Shown here: in pieces, positions 21,819 through 31,374 of the stretch | Layout of the letters: each line of letters starts with the position of its first letter | Position numbering within the stretch: position 1 is the first letter of the stretch | Assembly (NCBI GenBank): GCA_902516345.1 | Contig: CABXYJ010000003.1 | Span: 16,280-80,279 of the forward strand | Length of the DNA: 64,000 nucleotides | From: an uncultured Pelagibacteraceae bacterium | GTDB lineage: Bacteria > Pseudomonadota > Alphaproteobacteria > Pelagibacterales > Pelagibacteraceae | Reading direction: 5' to 3' | Made by a program: the position numbers and the translations under genes | The notes under the pieces: model-generated | Told to the model about the DNA's origin: nothing | What the model saw: the letters and a program-made list of their open reading frames with translations, nothing else | The model's database searches: none

Positions 21819-22466
21819 AAGACAGTTAACAATTTAATTCTAATCCAAAAATTATTAAAGAAAAAAACTAATGATATTCATAAACCAAAAATTATTGCAA
21901 TTAGTAAAACATTTTCAATAAGCGACATTAAACCATTAATTGATTATGGACATTTAGATTTTGGCGAAAATAAAATCCAGGAGGCAATTGATAAATGGAC
22001 TTTAATTAAAAATGAAAATAAAAATATTAAACTACATATGATTGGAAAATTGCAGACTAATAAAGTAAAATTTTTAATACCCTTATTCGACTACCTCCAT
22101 TCTTTGGATAACTTAAAGTTAGCTCAAAAAATTGCAAAACAAGAGGAAAATAAAAGAAAAAAGATTAAAATTTTTATCCAAGTTAATATTGGGAATGAGG
22201 AACAAAAGATTGGTGTATCTGTAGATTATTTAAAAGAATTTTATTCAATTTGTACTAAAGATTTAAAACTTAACATAATTGGTCTAATGTGTTTACCTCC
22301 AAATGATTTGAATACAAAAGTTTATTTTTCTAAAATGCAAAAACTTACAAAAGAATTTAATTTAAAAGAATTGAGTCTTGGAATGTCGAACGATTATCTT
22401 GAGGCTGTTGAATATGGCTCAACTTTCTTAAGAGTAGGGTCAAAAATATTTGGTCAAAGAATTTAG
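21813..22466 (+). CDS. yggS: PLP homeostasis protein YggS
   Basis: AISKT, FGENKIQE, HMIGKLQTNK, GLMCLPP, LSLGMSNDY, RVGSKIFG. Confidence 0.95.
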   Translation: MHKTVNNLILIQKLLKKKTNDIHKPKIIAISKTFSISDIKPLIDYGHLDFGENKIQEAIDKWTLIKNENKNIKLHMIGKLQTNKVKFLIPLFDYLHSLDNLKLAQKIAKQEENKRKKIKIFIQVNIGNEEQKIGVSVDYLKEFYSICTKDLKLNIIGLMCLPPNDLNTKVYFSKMQKLTKEFNLKELSLGMSNDYLEAVEYGSTFLRVGSKIFGQRI

Positions 22467-22954
22467 GTAATTTTTATTTTAGTTTTATTATTAATTAGTT
22501 TAATCAAGATTAAGAAATCAATTTTTTTAAGAGCAATACATCCTAATGTTTTCCTATAATCTCTTGTTAAATGAATAAAAATAGCACTTCCTTTATTTTT
22601 TTTTACACTTGGAATATTATAATTTATGGGTATTAAAAAATCGTATTTTGAATCTTTTCTAAATAGTTTTTCACATTTAATTTTCTTGGTATCATTTACT
22701 AGTTGGTTATAATTTTTATGGTTCGGATCATCACACCATCCCATTTTTTTTTCAATTTTGATCATTTTTAATTTAGTTTCAGGTTTGATGTACCTGTCAC
22801 TTCTATAATACAAAGGTCCTAGTGAAAAAGTGCCTTTTGGGGTTTTTCTGTCTCCTTCTTTTTTTTGCCAAGATATGCCATTAAACCCGGTTGAACATTT
22901 GAATTCAAACTCTTTATAAATAAGTGTATATTTATTTTTTAAAATAATTGTCAT
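22463..22954 (-). CDS. L,D-transpeptidase (YkuD) family protein
   Basis: KEGDRKTPKG, WCDDP, GSAIFIH...TLGCIAL (HxxxC catalytic motif). Confidence 0.88.
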   Translation of the reverse strand: MTIILKNKYTLIYKEFEFKCSTGFNGISWQKKEGDRKTPKGTFSLGPLYYRSDRYIKPETKLKMIKIEKKMGWCDDPNHKNYNQLVNDTKKIKCEKLFRKDSKYDFLIPINYNIPSVKKNKGSAIFIHLTRDYRKTLGCIALKKIDFLILIKLINNKTKIKIT

Positions 22955-22965
22955 AACTGTTCAAT

Positions 22966-23526
22966 ATGAACCTTAAAACTTTAATAATTTACCAAAATCA
23001 AACTTTATTCAACATTTTAACCGAATTGTATTCAGATAAATTTAATATTATTTTTTCAGATAAAAAAGATATTAATAGTCAAATATTAAATAAAAAAGAT
23101 GATTATTTAATAATTTCTAGTAAAAATTTTTCAAATTTTAAAAATGAATTAGTTATCAATAATTTTCCTCTAACAATTAGGAAAATTTTACAACTTATTA
23201 ACACTTCTTTTTTAAAGAAAAATTTTCAGATGCAATCAGAAATTAAAATTGGATCATACTTTTTAGACTATAATTCAAAAGAAATTTCTAATGGAGGTAA
23301 AAAACTTTTTCTCACTGAAAGAGAAGTAAATTTGATTTTATTTTTAAGTAAATCAAAGTTACCTGTGAATGTAAGTCAACTTCAAGAAAGAGTATGGAGT
23401 TATAATTCTGAACTTGAGACACATACGGTAGAAACTCACATTTATAGACTTAGGAAAAAAATTAAACAAAGATTTAAAGACGAAAATTTTATTATAAGTA
23501 CACAAAATGGTTATAAGATAAATTGA
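22966..23526 (+). CDS. OmpR-type winged-helix transcription regulator with degenerate receiver domain
   Basis: C-terminal LTEREV..VWSY..ETHTVETHIYRLRKKI..GY; the N-terminus lacks a recognisable DD/D/K phospho-acceptor pocket. Confidence 0.85.
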   Translation: MNLKTLIIYQNQTLFNILTELYSDKFNIIFSDKKDINSQILNKKDDYLIISSKNFSNFKNELVINNFPLTIRKILQLINTSFLKKNFQMQSEIKIGSYFLDYNSKEISNGGKKLFLTEREVNLILFLSKSKLPVNVSQLQERVWSYNSELETHTVETHIYRLRKKIKQRFKDENFIISTQNGYKIN

Positions 23527-23636
23527 AAAAAAAAAATAAAATTGCAAAAGAATTATACACCAGAAAATTTAAACCAAGAATTATAAAACCGAAAAAAGGA
23601 AAAGGAAGTTTCAAAAGAAAGAAATTTATAGCCTAG
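23523..23636 (+). CDS. arfA: Alternative ribosome rescue factor A-like, 37 aa (MKKKNKIAKELYTRKFKPRIIKPKKGKGSFKRKKFIA)
   Basis: Not in ORF track. TTG start overlaps the upstream TGA; KKGKGSFxRK motif; ungapped match to the E. coli ArfA core N-x-I-x3-L-x4-F-x2-R-x2-K-x-KKGKGS-[YF]-x-RK. Confidence 0.85.
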   Translation: MKKKNKIAKELYTRKFKPRIIKPKKGKGSFKRKKFIA

Positions 23637-24555
23637 CCCCAATTTGTTGAATAATTTTTGAAGACATTTCGGTACCCTTTTTCAAACAGTCTTGCTCTGA
23701 AAAATTATTTAATTTGCCATGTAAATAACCTGCTGCAAATAAATCACCAGCACCAGTTAAATCAACAATTTTTAAATTTTTTTCAACTCCGATTTCAGAA
23801 ATTTTATCACATTCAATTGACATTGCTCCTTTTGCTCCTCTAGTTATTACTAAAAGTTTTTTTGTTGCTTTAGCAAAAGAAATAACTTCTTCAAAATTTT
23901 TTGCATCAATTAAAGATGTAATTTCTTCCTCATTGGCAAAAGTTATATTCAATTTATTTTTAACTAAGTCTAAAAAATTTGATTTATGCCTATCAACACA
24001 AAATTTGTCAGATAAAGACATTGCTACCTTATTTGCACTTTTTATAGCTTTATCGAAAGCTTTTTTTGGTTCACCTTCATCCCAAAGATATCCTTCTAAA
24101 AAAATCATTTCACTTTTTTTTATGGCATCTTCATTGATATCATTTTCATTAATTTTTCCAGCAGTTCCTAAAAAAGTACACATGGTTCTCTCAGAATCTG
24201 GCGTTATTAGGATTAAACAAGTACCTGTAGGTAAAATTTCTTTTTTTTTTGAATAAAAATAACTTACATTTTCGTTTTTTAGTCCATTCTCATATTTTTC
24301 TCCAAAATCGTCATCAGAAATTTTCCCAATGAAGCCGACATTATTACTTAGTTGAGAAAGCCCAACTATTGAATTAGCTACAGATCCACCAGAAATTGTT
24401 TTTTGAATTTCTAAACCTGATAATAATTTCTTAAACTCACTTTCATCAAAAATTAGTTTCATATTACCCTTAGATAAGTTGTTATTAGAAATAAAATTAT
24501 CTTCAACTTTACAAATAACATCAACTATTGCATTACCTATACCCAAAATTTTCAT
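23626..24555 (-). CDS. Adenosine kinase / PfkB family carbohydrate kinase
   Basis: GIGNAIVD, GGSVANS, ERTMCTFLG, EGYLWD, DLTGAGDLFAAG. Confidence 0.92.
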   Translation of the reverse strand: MKILGIGNAIVDVICKVEDNFISNNNLSKGNMKLIFDESEFKKLLSGLEIQKTISGGSVANSIVGLSQLSNNVGFIGKISDDDFGEKYENGLKNENVSYFYSKKKEILPTGTCLILITPDSERTMCTFLGTAGKINENDINEDAIKKSEMIFLEGYLWDEGEPKKAFDKAIKSANKVAMSLSDKFCVDRHKSNFLDLVKNKLNITFANEEEITSLIDAKNFEEVISFAKATKKLLVITRGAKGAMSIECDKISEIGVEKNLKIVDLTGAGDLFAAGYLHGKLNNFSEQDCLKKGTEMSSKIIQQIGARL

Positions 24556-24556
24556 A

Positions 24557-25210
24557 TTATGCTTTTTTTGTTTTTATTGGTTTTTTTCTAGCAGGATAGC
24601 AAGCAGTGCAAATTTTACAAGCAATTCCATAACATTCTCTAGCTTTACAATACTCTCTTCCATAATAAATTATTTGAAGATGAAGTTTGTTCCAGTGTTT
24701 TTTAGGAAATAATCTTTTCAAATCTTTTTCAGTTTGAATAACATTTTTCCCATTAGTCAGCCCCCATCTTTGAGCTAATCTATGAATATGAGTATCTATA
24801 GGAAACGCTGGGTAACCAAACCCTTGGGACATAACAACACTCGCAGTTTTATGACCAACGCCAGGAAGTTTTTCTAATTCGTCAAATGTTTTTGGAACTT
24901 TACTATTGTATTCTTTAACTAATATTTTTGAAAGATTATAAATACTTTTTGATTTTATTCGAAAAATACCTATTTTTTTTATTAATTTTTCAATTTTTTT
25001 TCTTCCTAGTTCCACAAAATGTTTAGGTTTATGGTATTTTGGATAAATATTCTTAGTAACATTGTTAACATTAACATCTGTGCATTGAGCAGAAAGCAAA
25101 ACAGAAATTAACAAAGTAAAAACGTTTCTGCTTTTCAAAGGGACAGTTATCTTTGGGTAAGTTTTATTTAAAATTCTAAGAATTATTTTTGCTCTCTCAA
25201 TCTCATTCAT
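24557..25210 (-). CDS. nth: Endonuclease III
   Basis: LLSAQCTD, LPGVGHKTA (HhH), IDTHIHR, C-terminal Cys cluster. Confidence 0.95.
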   Translation of the reverse strand: MNEIERAKIILRILNKTYPKITVPLKSRNVFTLLISVLLSAQCTDVNVNNVTKNIYPKYHKPKHFVELGRKKIEKLIKKIGIFRIKSKSIYNLSKILVKEYNSKVPKTFDELEKLPGVGHKTASVVMSQGFGYPAFPIDTHIHRLAQRWGLTNGKNVIQTEKDLKRLFPKKHWNKLHLQIIYYGREYCKARECYGIACKICTACYPARKKPIKTKKA

Positions 25211-25986
25211 TATTTAAAATTCATAAGATCTCGCATTGAATAAAGACCAGGCTTTTTTTTCATTAACCATTTAGCGGCTGATAGAGCCCCTTCTGCGTAT
25301 AGAGCTCTGTCAAAAGCTTCATGATTTAAGGTAATAATTTCTTTACCACTTGAAAAAATTACTTCATGTTCTCCGATTATTTCTCTTTTTCTTATAGAAT
25401 TAAAATTTACTTTTTTTCCAAAGGGGAATTTTTTTTTATTGAGGAATTTTTTTCCATATAAGTTATAGAAATTCTCACCTCTGCCTTGAGCAATGCCTCT
25501 CGCTAACATCAAAGCTGTTCCAGAAGGATAGTCTTTTTTATGTTTATGGTGTACTTCGAGAATCTTACTTAAAAATTTTTTTCCAAGAGATGCTGATGCT
25601 ATTTCAGTCAAATACATTAAAAGATTGATACCCAAACTCATATTTCCTGCTTTTAAGATTGGAATTTTTTTTGAATACACTTTTATTAATTCCTCTTGTT
25701 TTTTGGTAAATCCAGTTGTTCCTATGACAACTCTTTTTTTTAATCTAGATGCAATTTTCAAAATCTCAAAAGTACATCTTGGAATTGTAAAATCTATTAT
25801 TACGTCTATTTTTTTAAATTCGGCTTTAGTATTTAGACTTGGTCTAATACCGCTGATTTTTTTATCTATCTTTTTGCTTTCAGTTATAATCTTTAATTCA
25901 AAATTTTTTTCTACTTTTGCAGATTTAATTAGTTGTTGTCCCATACGCCCCAAACAGCCAGTAATTGCTAAATTAATTTTTCTCAT
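25210..25986 (-). CDS. dapB: 4-hydroxy-tetrahydrodipicolinate reductase
   Basis: GCLGRMG, IDFT, VIGTTG, NMSLGIN, EVHHKHKKDYPSGTA. Confidence 0.96.
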   Translation of the reverse strand: MRKINLAITGCLGRMGQQLIKSAKVEKNFELKIITESKKIDKKISGIRPSLNTKAEFKKIDVIIDFTIPRCTFEILKIASRLKKRVVIGTTGFTKKQEELIKVYSKKIPILKAGNMSLGINLLMYLTEIASASLGKKFLSKILEVHHKHKKDYPSGTALMLARGIAQGRGENFYNLYGKKFLNKKKFPFGKKVNFNSIRKREIIGEHEVIFSSGKEIITLNHEAFDRALYAEGALSAAKWLMKKKPGLYSMRDLMNFK

Positions 25987-26672
25987 TTTGTTCTTTTAAA
26001 TAAGTAGTCACCATATTCAGGTTTATCAAGAAATTTATAATTTGAAAGTCGTTTTAAAAATTTATAATTCAGATTAGAAAAAAAATTTTCTAATTTACTG
26101 AAATTATTAGTTTCTATAAGCATATAATCTATATAGTGTTTGTTAAAATCAATACCATCTAACACTTCAAGTTCATTCCCCTCAACATCCAAAGAAAAAA
26201 AATCAATTTTACCCTTATAATTAATTTCATCAATAATCTTATCAAAGGTTTTAGCAATAACATTTATTTTTAGGGTATTATTTCTATTATTTATAGCACC
26301 AGTAAGGGTGTCTTTTTCGTTGTAATAAAAATCAACATAATCTTTCTCAAAATTTTTGTTTGTTAGTGCGCAATTTTGAAAATAATTATTTTTATTACGG
26401 TTTTTTTTTAACTCGTCAAACACTGACGGAATAGGCTCTATTAAAATACCTTTCCAACTTAATTGATTTTCAAAATACCAAGTTGTAGATTGATTTACCC
26501 CATCATTAGCCCCACAATCAACATAAAAGCCATCTTTAAAATTGATAAATTCAAGCATTTTTTTATCTAGATTATTATAACCATTAAATTTTCTAAATTT
26601 CTTTATGCTCGTTTTCAATTTTGTTGGGAACAATCCTTTAAATTTAATTATAGCTTTATTAAGATATGACAT
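25983..26672 (-). CDS. FkbM family methyltransferase
   Basis: FYVDCGANDG..QSTT, WKGILIEP, IDFFSLDVEGNE. Confidence 0.9.
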   Translation of the reverse strand: MSYLNKAIIKFKGLFPTKLKTSIKKFRKFNGYNNLDKKMLEFINFKDGFYVDCGANDGVNQSTTWYFENQLSWKGILIEPIPSVFDELKKNRNKNNYFQNCALTNKNFEKDYVDFYYNEKDTLTGAINNRNNTLKINVIAKTFDKIIDEINYKGKIDFFSLDVEGNELEVLDGIDFNKHYIDYMLIETNNFSKLENFFSNLNYKFLKRLSNYKFLDKPEYGDYLFKRTK

Positions 26673-26703
26673 TTAAAGATCATATTTAAGTTTTTTAAGT
26701 ATT

Positions 26704-26733
26704 ACTATAACTTAATTTTAAAAATTTTTGCAA
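26704..26733 (-). promoter_or_regulatory. Putative sigma70 promoter of the FkbM gene
   Basis: Minus strand TTGCAA-N18-TATAGT. Confidence 0.45.
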
Positions 26734-26774
26734 ATCCTAAAATTCATTATGTATAGAAAATATCATTTAAATTT

Positions 26775-26945
26775 TCAATATATGATTAAGTATGCCAATA
26801 AAGTGATGATTAAAACAATTATTGACCAAATCGAAAAGTTTTTTAGAAATCTATTTAATTTTGAATTTGTTTCCAAAAAACCTGGCAATACTAATATCAA
26901 TACAGCAATTAAAAAAATTGCTGACATTAAATTTTCTAAATTCAT
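26775..26945 (-). CDS. Small two-helix membrane protein, 56 aa ([56 protein letters not shown])
   Basis: Not in ORF track. ATG overlaps the dnaJ stop (TAATG); two hydrophobic helices joined by a basic loop; fills the gap exactly. Confidence 0.75.
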   Translation of the reverse strand: MNLENLMSAIFLIAVLILVLPGFLETNSKLNRFLKNFSIWSIIVLIITLLAYLIIY

Positions 26946-28081
26946 TATCTATTCCAAAAACTTTTGGCTTTTTGAAAAAATTTTTTGATACTTGGATTTG
27001 ATTTTTCGTTTTCAATTTCTCTAAATTTTTCAAGTAATGCTTTTTGTTCTTTATTTAAAAATACCGGCACTTCAGTTTTTAGTTGAACATATAAATCACC
27101 AAAATCACCTTTTCGTATATAGGGCATTCCTTTACCTTTTAGCCTAAATTGTTTTCCATCTTGTGTCCCTTCAGGAATTTTTATCTTCGCTTTTTTCCCA
27201 TCAATTGTTGGTATTTCGATAGTAGTTCCTAGGGCAGCATCAGCTATAGAAATAGGAAATTCAAAAAATAAATTTACATCTGATCGTTTAAAAAGTTCAT
27301 GTGATTTTACATTAACAAATAAATATAAATCACCATTAGTCCCCCCTCTTACACCAGCCTCACCTTTTCCGGCTAATCTAATTCTTGTTCCATCATCAAC
27401 ACCTTTTGGAATAGTTACAGATATTTTTTTTGATGCTTGTCTATTACCTTGGCCACTGCACTCAGAACATGGATCAGTGATTTCTTCACCATTTCCGGAA
27501 CATTGAGGACATGTTTGCTGAACAGTAAAAAAACCTTGGTTCGAACGTACACGTCCGTTTCCTCCACAATATGTACACCTACTTGGACTTGATCCTGGTC
27601 TTGAACCGCTACCTTTACAAGTATTACATTTTTCGGAAGTTGAAAATTGTATATTTTGTTTTTTTCCTGAATATGCTTCTTCTAAAGAAATAGATAGATC
27701 GTATCTTAAATCTGAGCCCCTGTTATTGGAACTTTTTCTTCTTGAACTTCTTCCTCCCCCTCCAAAATCACCAAAAAAATCTTCAAATATATCTGAGAAA
27801 TCTGCTCCACTAAAACCTCCAAACCCGCCAAAACCTCCTTGGCCACCACCACCATTTTCAAATGCAGCATGACCAAAGTTATCATAATTTTCTTTTTTTG
27901 ATTTATCCGATAAAATACCATAAGCTTCACTAGCCTCTTTAAATTTATCCTCGGCATTTTTATCTCCAGGATTTTTATCTGGATGATATTTTACTGCTAA
28001 TTTTCTATAGGCTGATTTAAGCTCTTCTGGGCTAGCGCTCTTATTTACACCCAAGACATCATAATAATCTCTCTTAGCCAT
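26945..28081 (-). CDS. dnaJ: Chaperone DnaJ
   Basis: HPD motif, G/F region, four CxxCxGxG repeats. Confidence 0.99.
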   Translation of the reverse strand: MAKRDYYDVLGVNKSASPEELKSAYRKLAVKYHPDKNPGDKNAEDKFKEASEAYGILSDKSKKENYDNFGHAAFENGGGGQGGFGGFGGFSGADFSDIFEDFFGDFGGGGRSSRRKSSNNRGSDLRYDLSISLEEAYSGKKQNIQFSTSEKCNTCKGSGSRPGSSPSRCTYCGGNGRVRSNQGFFTVQQTCPQCSGNGEEITDPCSECSGQGNRQASKKISVTIPKGVDDGTRIRLAGKGEAGVRGGTNGDLYLFVNVKSHELFKRSDVNLFFEFPISIADAALGTTIEIPTIDGKKAKIKIPEGTQDGKQFRLKGKGMPYIRKGDFGDLYVQLKTEVPVFLNKEQKALLEKFREIENEKSNPSIKKFFQKAKSFWNR

Positions 28082-28106
28082 GTTTCCCTGGACAAATAGA
28101 TGTCAA

Positions 28107-30032
28107 TTAAGCGCTTTTTTCTTTATTCTCGTCTTTTACTTCCTCAAAATCCGCATCAACAACATTATCGTCTTTTTTATCCTTTTCATCTTTACCAATA
28201 TCCTTACTAGAATCTGGTTTTGCTGTTTGTTGTGATTTATAAATAGCTTCTCCAAGTTTCATAGAAGCTTGAACTAATGTCTCAGTTTTTTTCTTAATGT
28301 CCTCAATATCTTCACCTTTTAAAGCATCTTTCAAGGCATTAGAACCATCTTCTATTGATTTTTTTTCGGCATCTGAAATTTTAGAGCCATGTTCTTTAAG
28401 ATTTTTTTCTGTTGAGTGAATTAAAGTATCTGCTTGATTCCTCACATCAACCGACTCCCTCTTTTTTTTATCAGCTTCTTTATTTGCTTCAGCATCTTTC
28501 ACCATTTTTTCAATCTCTTCATCGCTTAAGCCTCCTGAAGCTTGGATTTGAATTTTTTGTTCTTTTCCAGTTCCTTTATCTTTAGCAGAAACATTAACTA
28601 TTCCATTTGCATCAATATCAAACGTAACCTCTATTTGTGGTACACCTCTAGGTGCTGGAGCAATTCCAATTAATTCAAAGTTTCCTAATAATTTATTATC
28701 TGTTGCCATCTCCCTTTCACCCTGAAGAACTCTTATTGAAACAGCTGGTTGATTATCTTCAGCAGTTGAAAATACTTGGCTTTTTTTTGTTGGAATAGTT
28801 GTATTTTTTTCAATTAATTTTGTAGACACTCCACCTAGTGTCTCGATACCTAGAGATAAAGGCGTAACATCTAGTAAAAGTACATCTTTTACATCACCCT
28901 GTAGCACTCCTGCCTGTATAGCTGCACCCATTGCAACCACTTCATCAGGGTTAACACTTTTATTTGGTTCTTTGCCAAAGAAGTTCTTAACTTCGCTTAT
29001 AACTTTTGGCATCCGTGTCATACCACCAACTAAAACAATTTCATCTATATCACTTGCTGAAATACCAGCATCTTTTAAAGCTGTTTTGCAAGGAGGAATT
29101 GTTCTTAAAATCAAATCTTCAACTAGCGCTTCAAGTTTGGCTCTAGTCATTTTTAAATTGATATGTTTAGGTCCAGTTTTGTCTGCGGTTATAAATGGCA
29201 AATTAATATCAGTTTGCTCTGCAGCAGATAATTCAATTTTTGCTTTTTCAGCTGCCTCTTTTAACCTTTGTAAAGCTAATTTGTCAGATTTTAAATCTAT
29301 ACCACTGTCCTTTTTAAATTCATTAATTAAGTATTCTACGACTGCATTGTCGAAGTCTTCTCCACCTAAAAAGGTATCCCCATTAGTCGATTTAACCTCA
29401 AAAACTCCATCTCCTAATTCAAGGATTGAAACATCAAATGTACCTCCACCCAAATCATATACAGCAATTTTTTTATTTTGTTTTTTATCTAATCCATAAG
29501 CCAATGATGCTGCAGTCGGCTCATTTATAATTCTTAAAACTTCCAAACCAGCAATTTTACCAGCATCTTTTGTTGCCTGTCTTTGTGCATCATTAAAATA
29601 AGCTGGAACTGTAATTACAGCTTTTGTAACAGCTTGACCTAAATATTTTTCAGCTGTTTCTTTCATCTTTTGTAGAATAAAGGCTGAAATTTGTGAAGGT
29701 GAATATTTTTCTCCTTTAGATTCAATCCATGCATCGCCTTTTTCAGAATTTACAATCTTAAAAGGAGCTGCCTCTATATCTTTTTTAACCGTTGGGTCAT
29801 CAAAATTTCTACCGATTAATCTTTTAACAGCAAAAATTGTATTTTCTGGATTTGTTACAGCCTGTCTCTTAGCAGGTTGCCCAATTAATTTTTCTTTTTC
29901 ATCTGTAAAAGCAACAACAGAAGGAGTTGTTCTTGCACCTTCAGCGTTCTCCAACACTTTTGCTTGACTACCTTCCATTATAGCCACGCAAGAGTTAGTT
30001 GTTCCTAAATCTATTCCAATTATTTTACTCAT
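28107..30032 (-). CDS. dnaK: Chaperone DnaK
   Basis: [25 protein letters not shown], alphaproteobacterial VVDADFEEV tail. Confidence 0.99.
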   Translation of the reverse strand: MSKIIGIDLGTTNSCVAIMEGSQAKVLENAEGARTTPSVVAFTDEKEKLIGQPAKRQAVTNPENTIFAVKRLIGRNFDDPTVKKDIEAAPFKIVNSEKGDAWIESKGEKYSPSQISAFILQKMKETAEKYLGQAVTKAVITVPAYFNDAQRQATKDAGKIAGLEVLRIINEPTAASLAYGLDKKQNKKIAVYDLGGGTFDVSILELGDGVFEVKSTNGDTFLGGEDFDNAVVEYLINEFKKDSGIDLKSDKLALQRLKEAAEKAKIELSAAEQTDINLPFITADKTGPKHINLKMTRAKLEALVEDLILRTIPPCKTALKDAGISASDIDEIVLVGGMTRMPKVISEVKNFFGKEPNKSVNPDEVVAMGAAIQAGVLQGDVKDVLLLDVTPLSLGIETLGGVSTKLIEKNTTIPTKKSQVFSTAEDNQPAVSIRVLQGEREMATDNKLLGNFELIGIAPAPRGVPQIEVTFDIDANGIVNVSAKDKGTGKEQKIQIQASGGLSDEEIEKMVKDAEANKEADKKKRESVDVRNQADTLIHSTEKNLKEHGSKISDAEKKSIEDGSNALKDALKGEDIEDIKKKTETLVQASMKLGEAIYKSQQTAKPDSSKDIGKDEKDKKDDNVVDADFEEVKDENKEKSA

Positions 30033-30052
30033 ATCTTTGTTTATTTAAGTTC

Positions 30053-30080
30053 ATATAGGGTTTAAATTTCATTCTACAAG
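30053..30080 (-). promoter_or_regulatory. RpoH (sigma32) promoter of dnaKJ
   Basis: Minus strand CTTG-N17-CCTATAT, matching the alphaproteobacterial RpoH consensus. Confidence 0.8.
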
Positions 30081-30096
30081 TTGGTTAAAAAATTAT

Positions 30097-30735
30097 TTAT
30101 TTTGGTTTTTTTTCCTGATTTTCAGTGTTTTTTTCATCATTTTTTTGGGATTTTTTTGAAACACCCACTAGAGATGGTCTCAATAATCTATCTTTTATTG
30201 TAAATCCTTTTTGTATTTCCTTTATTATGGTGCCAGGTTCCTTTTGATCATCCTCTATTTCCATCATAGCTTGGTGAAAATTTGGATCTAGTCTTTTATT
30301 TAAACTCTCAATTGGCTTGATGTTATTTTTTGAGAATATTGAAATTAAATCATTGTAAATAATTTCTAAGTGATCCAAAGTTTTATTTAATGAGTCTGTA
30401 TTTTTTAAAGCTTCATCATTTTTAAGTATATCTTTCGATCTTTCAAGGTTATCGATTAAATTGAGAGCCTCTCTAGCAAATGCAACTCCACCATATTCAT
30501 AAGCTTCCTCTTTTTCTTTTTCAAACCTTCGCCTTTGATTTTCCATTTCAGCAAATGTTCTTGCAAGTTTATCCTCTAATTCTAAAATTTTTTCTTCAGG
30601 CGTTTTTTCAATATTTTCTTCTAAATTTTCATTTTCATTTTTTTTACTTAAATTATTCTCTTCTTTTTTCTCTTCATTTAAATTAAGTTTCTCTGATTTT
30701 ATTTCTTCAGAGTTAGTGTTTTCTTCTTTTTCCAT
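30097..30735 (-). CDS. grpE: Nucleotide exchange factor GrpE
   Basis: AEMENQRRR, DNLER, DPNFHQA, GF..KDRLLRPSLVGV. Confidence 0.96.
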   Translation of the reverse strand: MEKEENTNSEEIKSEKLNLNEEKKEENNLSKKNENENLEENIEKTPEEKILELEDKLARTFAEMENQRRRFEKEKEEAYEYGGVAFAREALNLIDNLERSKDILKNDEALKNTDSLNKTLDHLEIIYNDLISIFSKNNIKPIESLNKRLDPNFHQAMMEIEDDQKEPGTIIKEIQKGFTIKDRLLRPSLVGVSKKSQKNDEKNTENQEKKPK

Positions 30736-30742
30736 ACAAAGT

Positions 30743-30771
30743 TATATGGTAAGAAATTTTAATATTTCCAG
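30743..30771 (-). promoter_or_regulatory. Putative RpoH promoter of grpE
   Basis: Minus strand CTGG-N18-CCATATA. Confidence 0.6.
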
Positions 30772-31374
30772 ATGTTAAAAAAAAAAATTACCAAATTACT
30801 AATTGGGACCAATAATAAAGGAAAATTGAAAGAAATAAGGAATTTATTACCAAAAAGTATTAAGGTTTTTTCCACATCTCAATTTAAATTAAAAAGCCCA
30901 AGAGAATATGGAAAATCTTTTGAAGAAAATTCTTTAATAAAGTCTAGATTTTTCTCTAAAAAGGCAAAAATGCCATGCCTAGCAGATGACTCTGGTCTTG
31001 AGATTGATTTGTTAAATAAAAAACCAGGTATTTATTCAGCTAGATGGGCTGGAAGTAATTTAGATTTTAATAGAGCCATTTATAAAGTTTATAATGAATT
31101 AAAGAAAAAGGATAAAAATTGGCAACATAAAAAAATAAAAGCAAGATTTATATGTGCTCTTTCGATTTGTTATTATAACAAAAAAATAACTTGTGTGAGA
31201 GGGAGAATAAATGGAAGGATTTCAAGAATTCCAAAAGGAAAAAATGGTTTTGGATATGATCCAATATTTATTCCTGAAAAACATAAAAAAACTTTTGCAG
31301 AAATGAAACCTTCTTACAAATATAAATTAGACCATCGTAGTAAGGCTTTTAAAAAAATTAAAAAATTTCTTTAA
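30772..31374 (+). CDS. rdgB: dITP/XTP pyrophosphatase (RdgB/Ham1)
   Basis: TNNKGKLKE, ADDSGL, PGIYSARW, GFGYDPIF, HR. Confidence 0.95.
   Translation: MLKKKITKLLIGTNNKGKLKEIRNLLPKSIKVFSTSQFKLKSPREYGKSFEENSLIKSRFFSKKAKMPCLADDSGLEIDLLNKKPGIYSARWAGSNLDFNRAIYKVYNELKKKDKNWQHKKIKARFICALSICYYNKKITCVRGRINGRISRIPKGKNGFGYDPIFIPEKHKKTFAEMKPSYKYKLDHRSKAFKKIKKFL

Noticed and set aside
23359-23547. 62-aa minus-strand ORF
   Set aside because: Antisense to the winged-helix regulator and the arfA start; low-complexity F/I/L content from A-rich sense codons
26728-27033. ORFs 26728-26988 (+) and 26851-27033 (-)
   Set aside because: Shadow or alternative frames of the dnaJ 3' end and the dnaJ-coupled 56-aa membrane ORF
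28972-29499. 175-aa ORF antisense to dnaK (likewise antisense ORFs in ppsR, parB, leuS, maeB, dapB, phoH, infB, pnp, fabB, katG)
   Set aside because: Shadow frames of conserved genes; antisense ORFs opposite dnaK are a well-known codon-bias artefact, and none shows a recognisable motif
30033-30771. CIRCE element for dnaK/grpE
   Set aside because: No TTAGCACTC-N9-GAGTGCTAA was seen, and hrcA is absent from the locus
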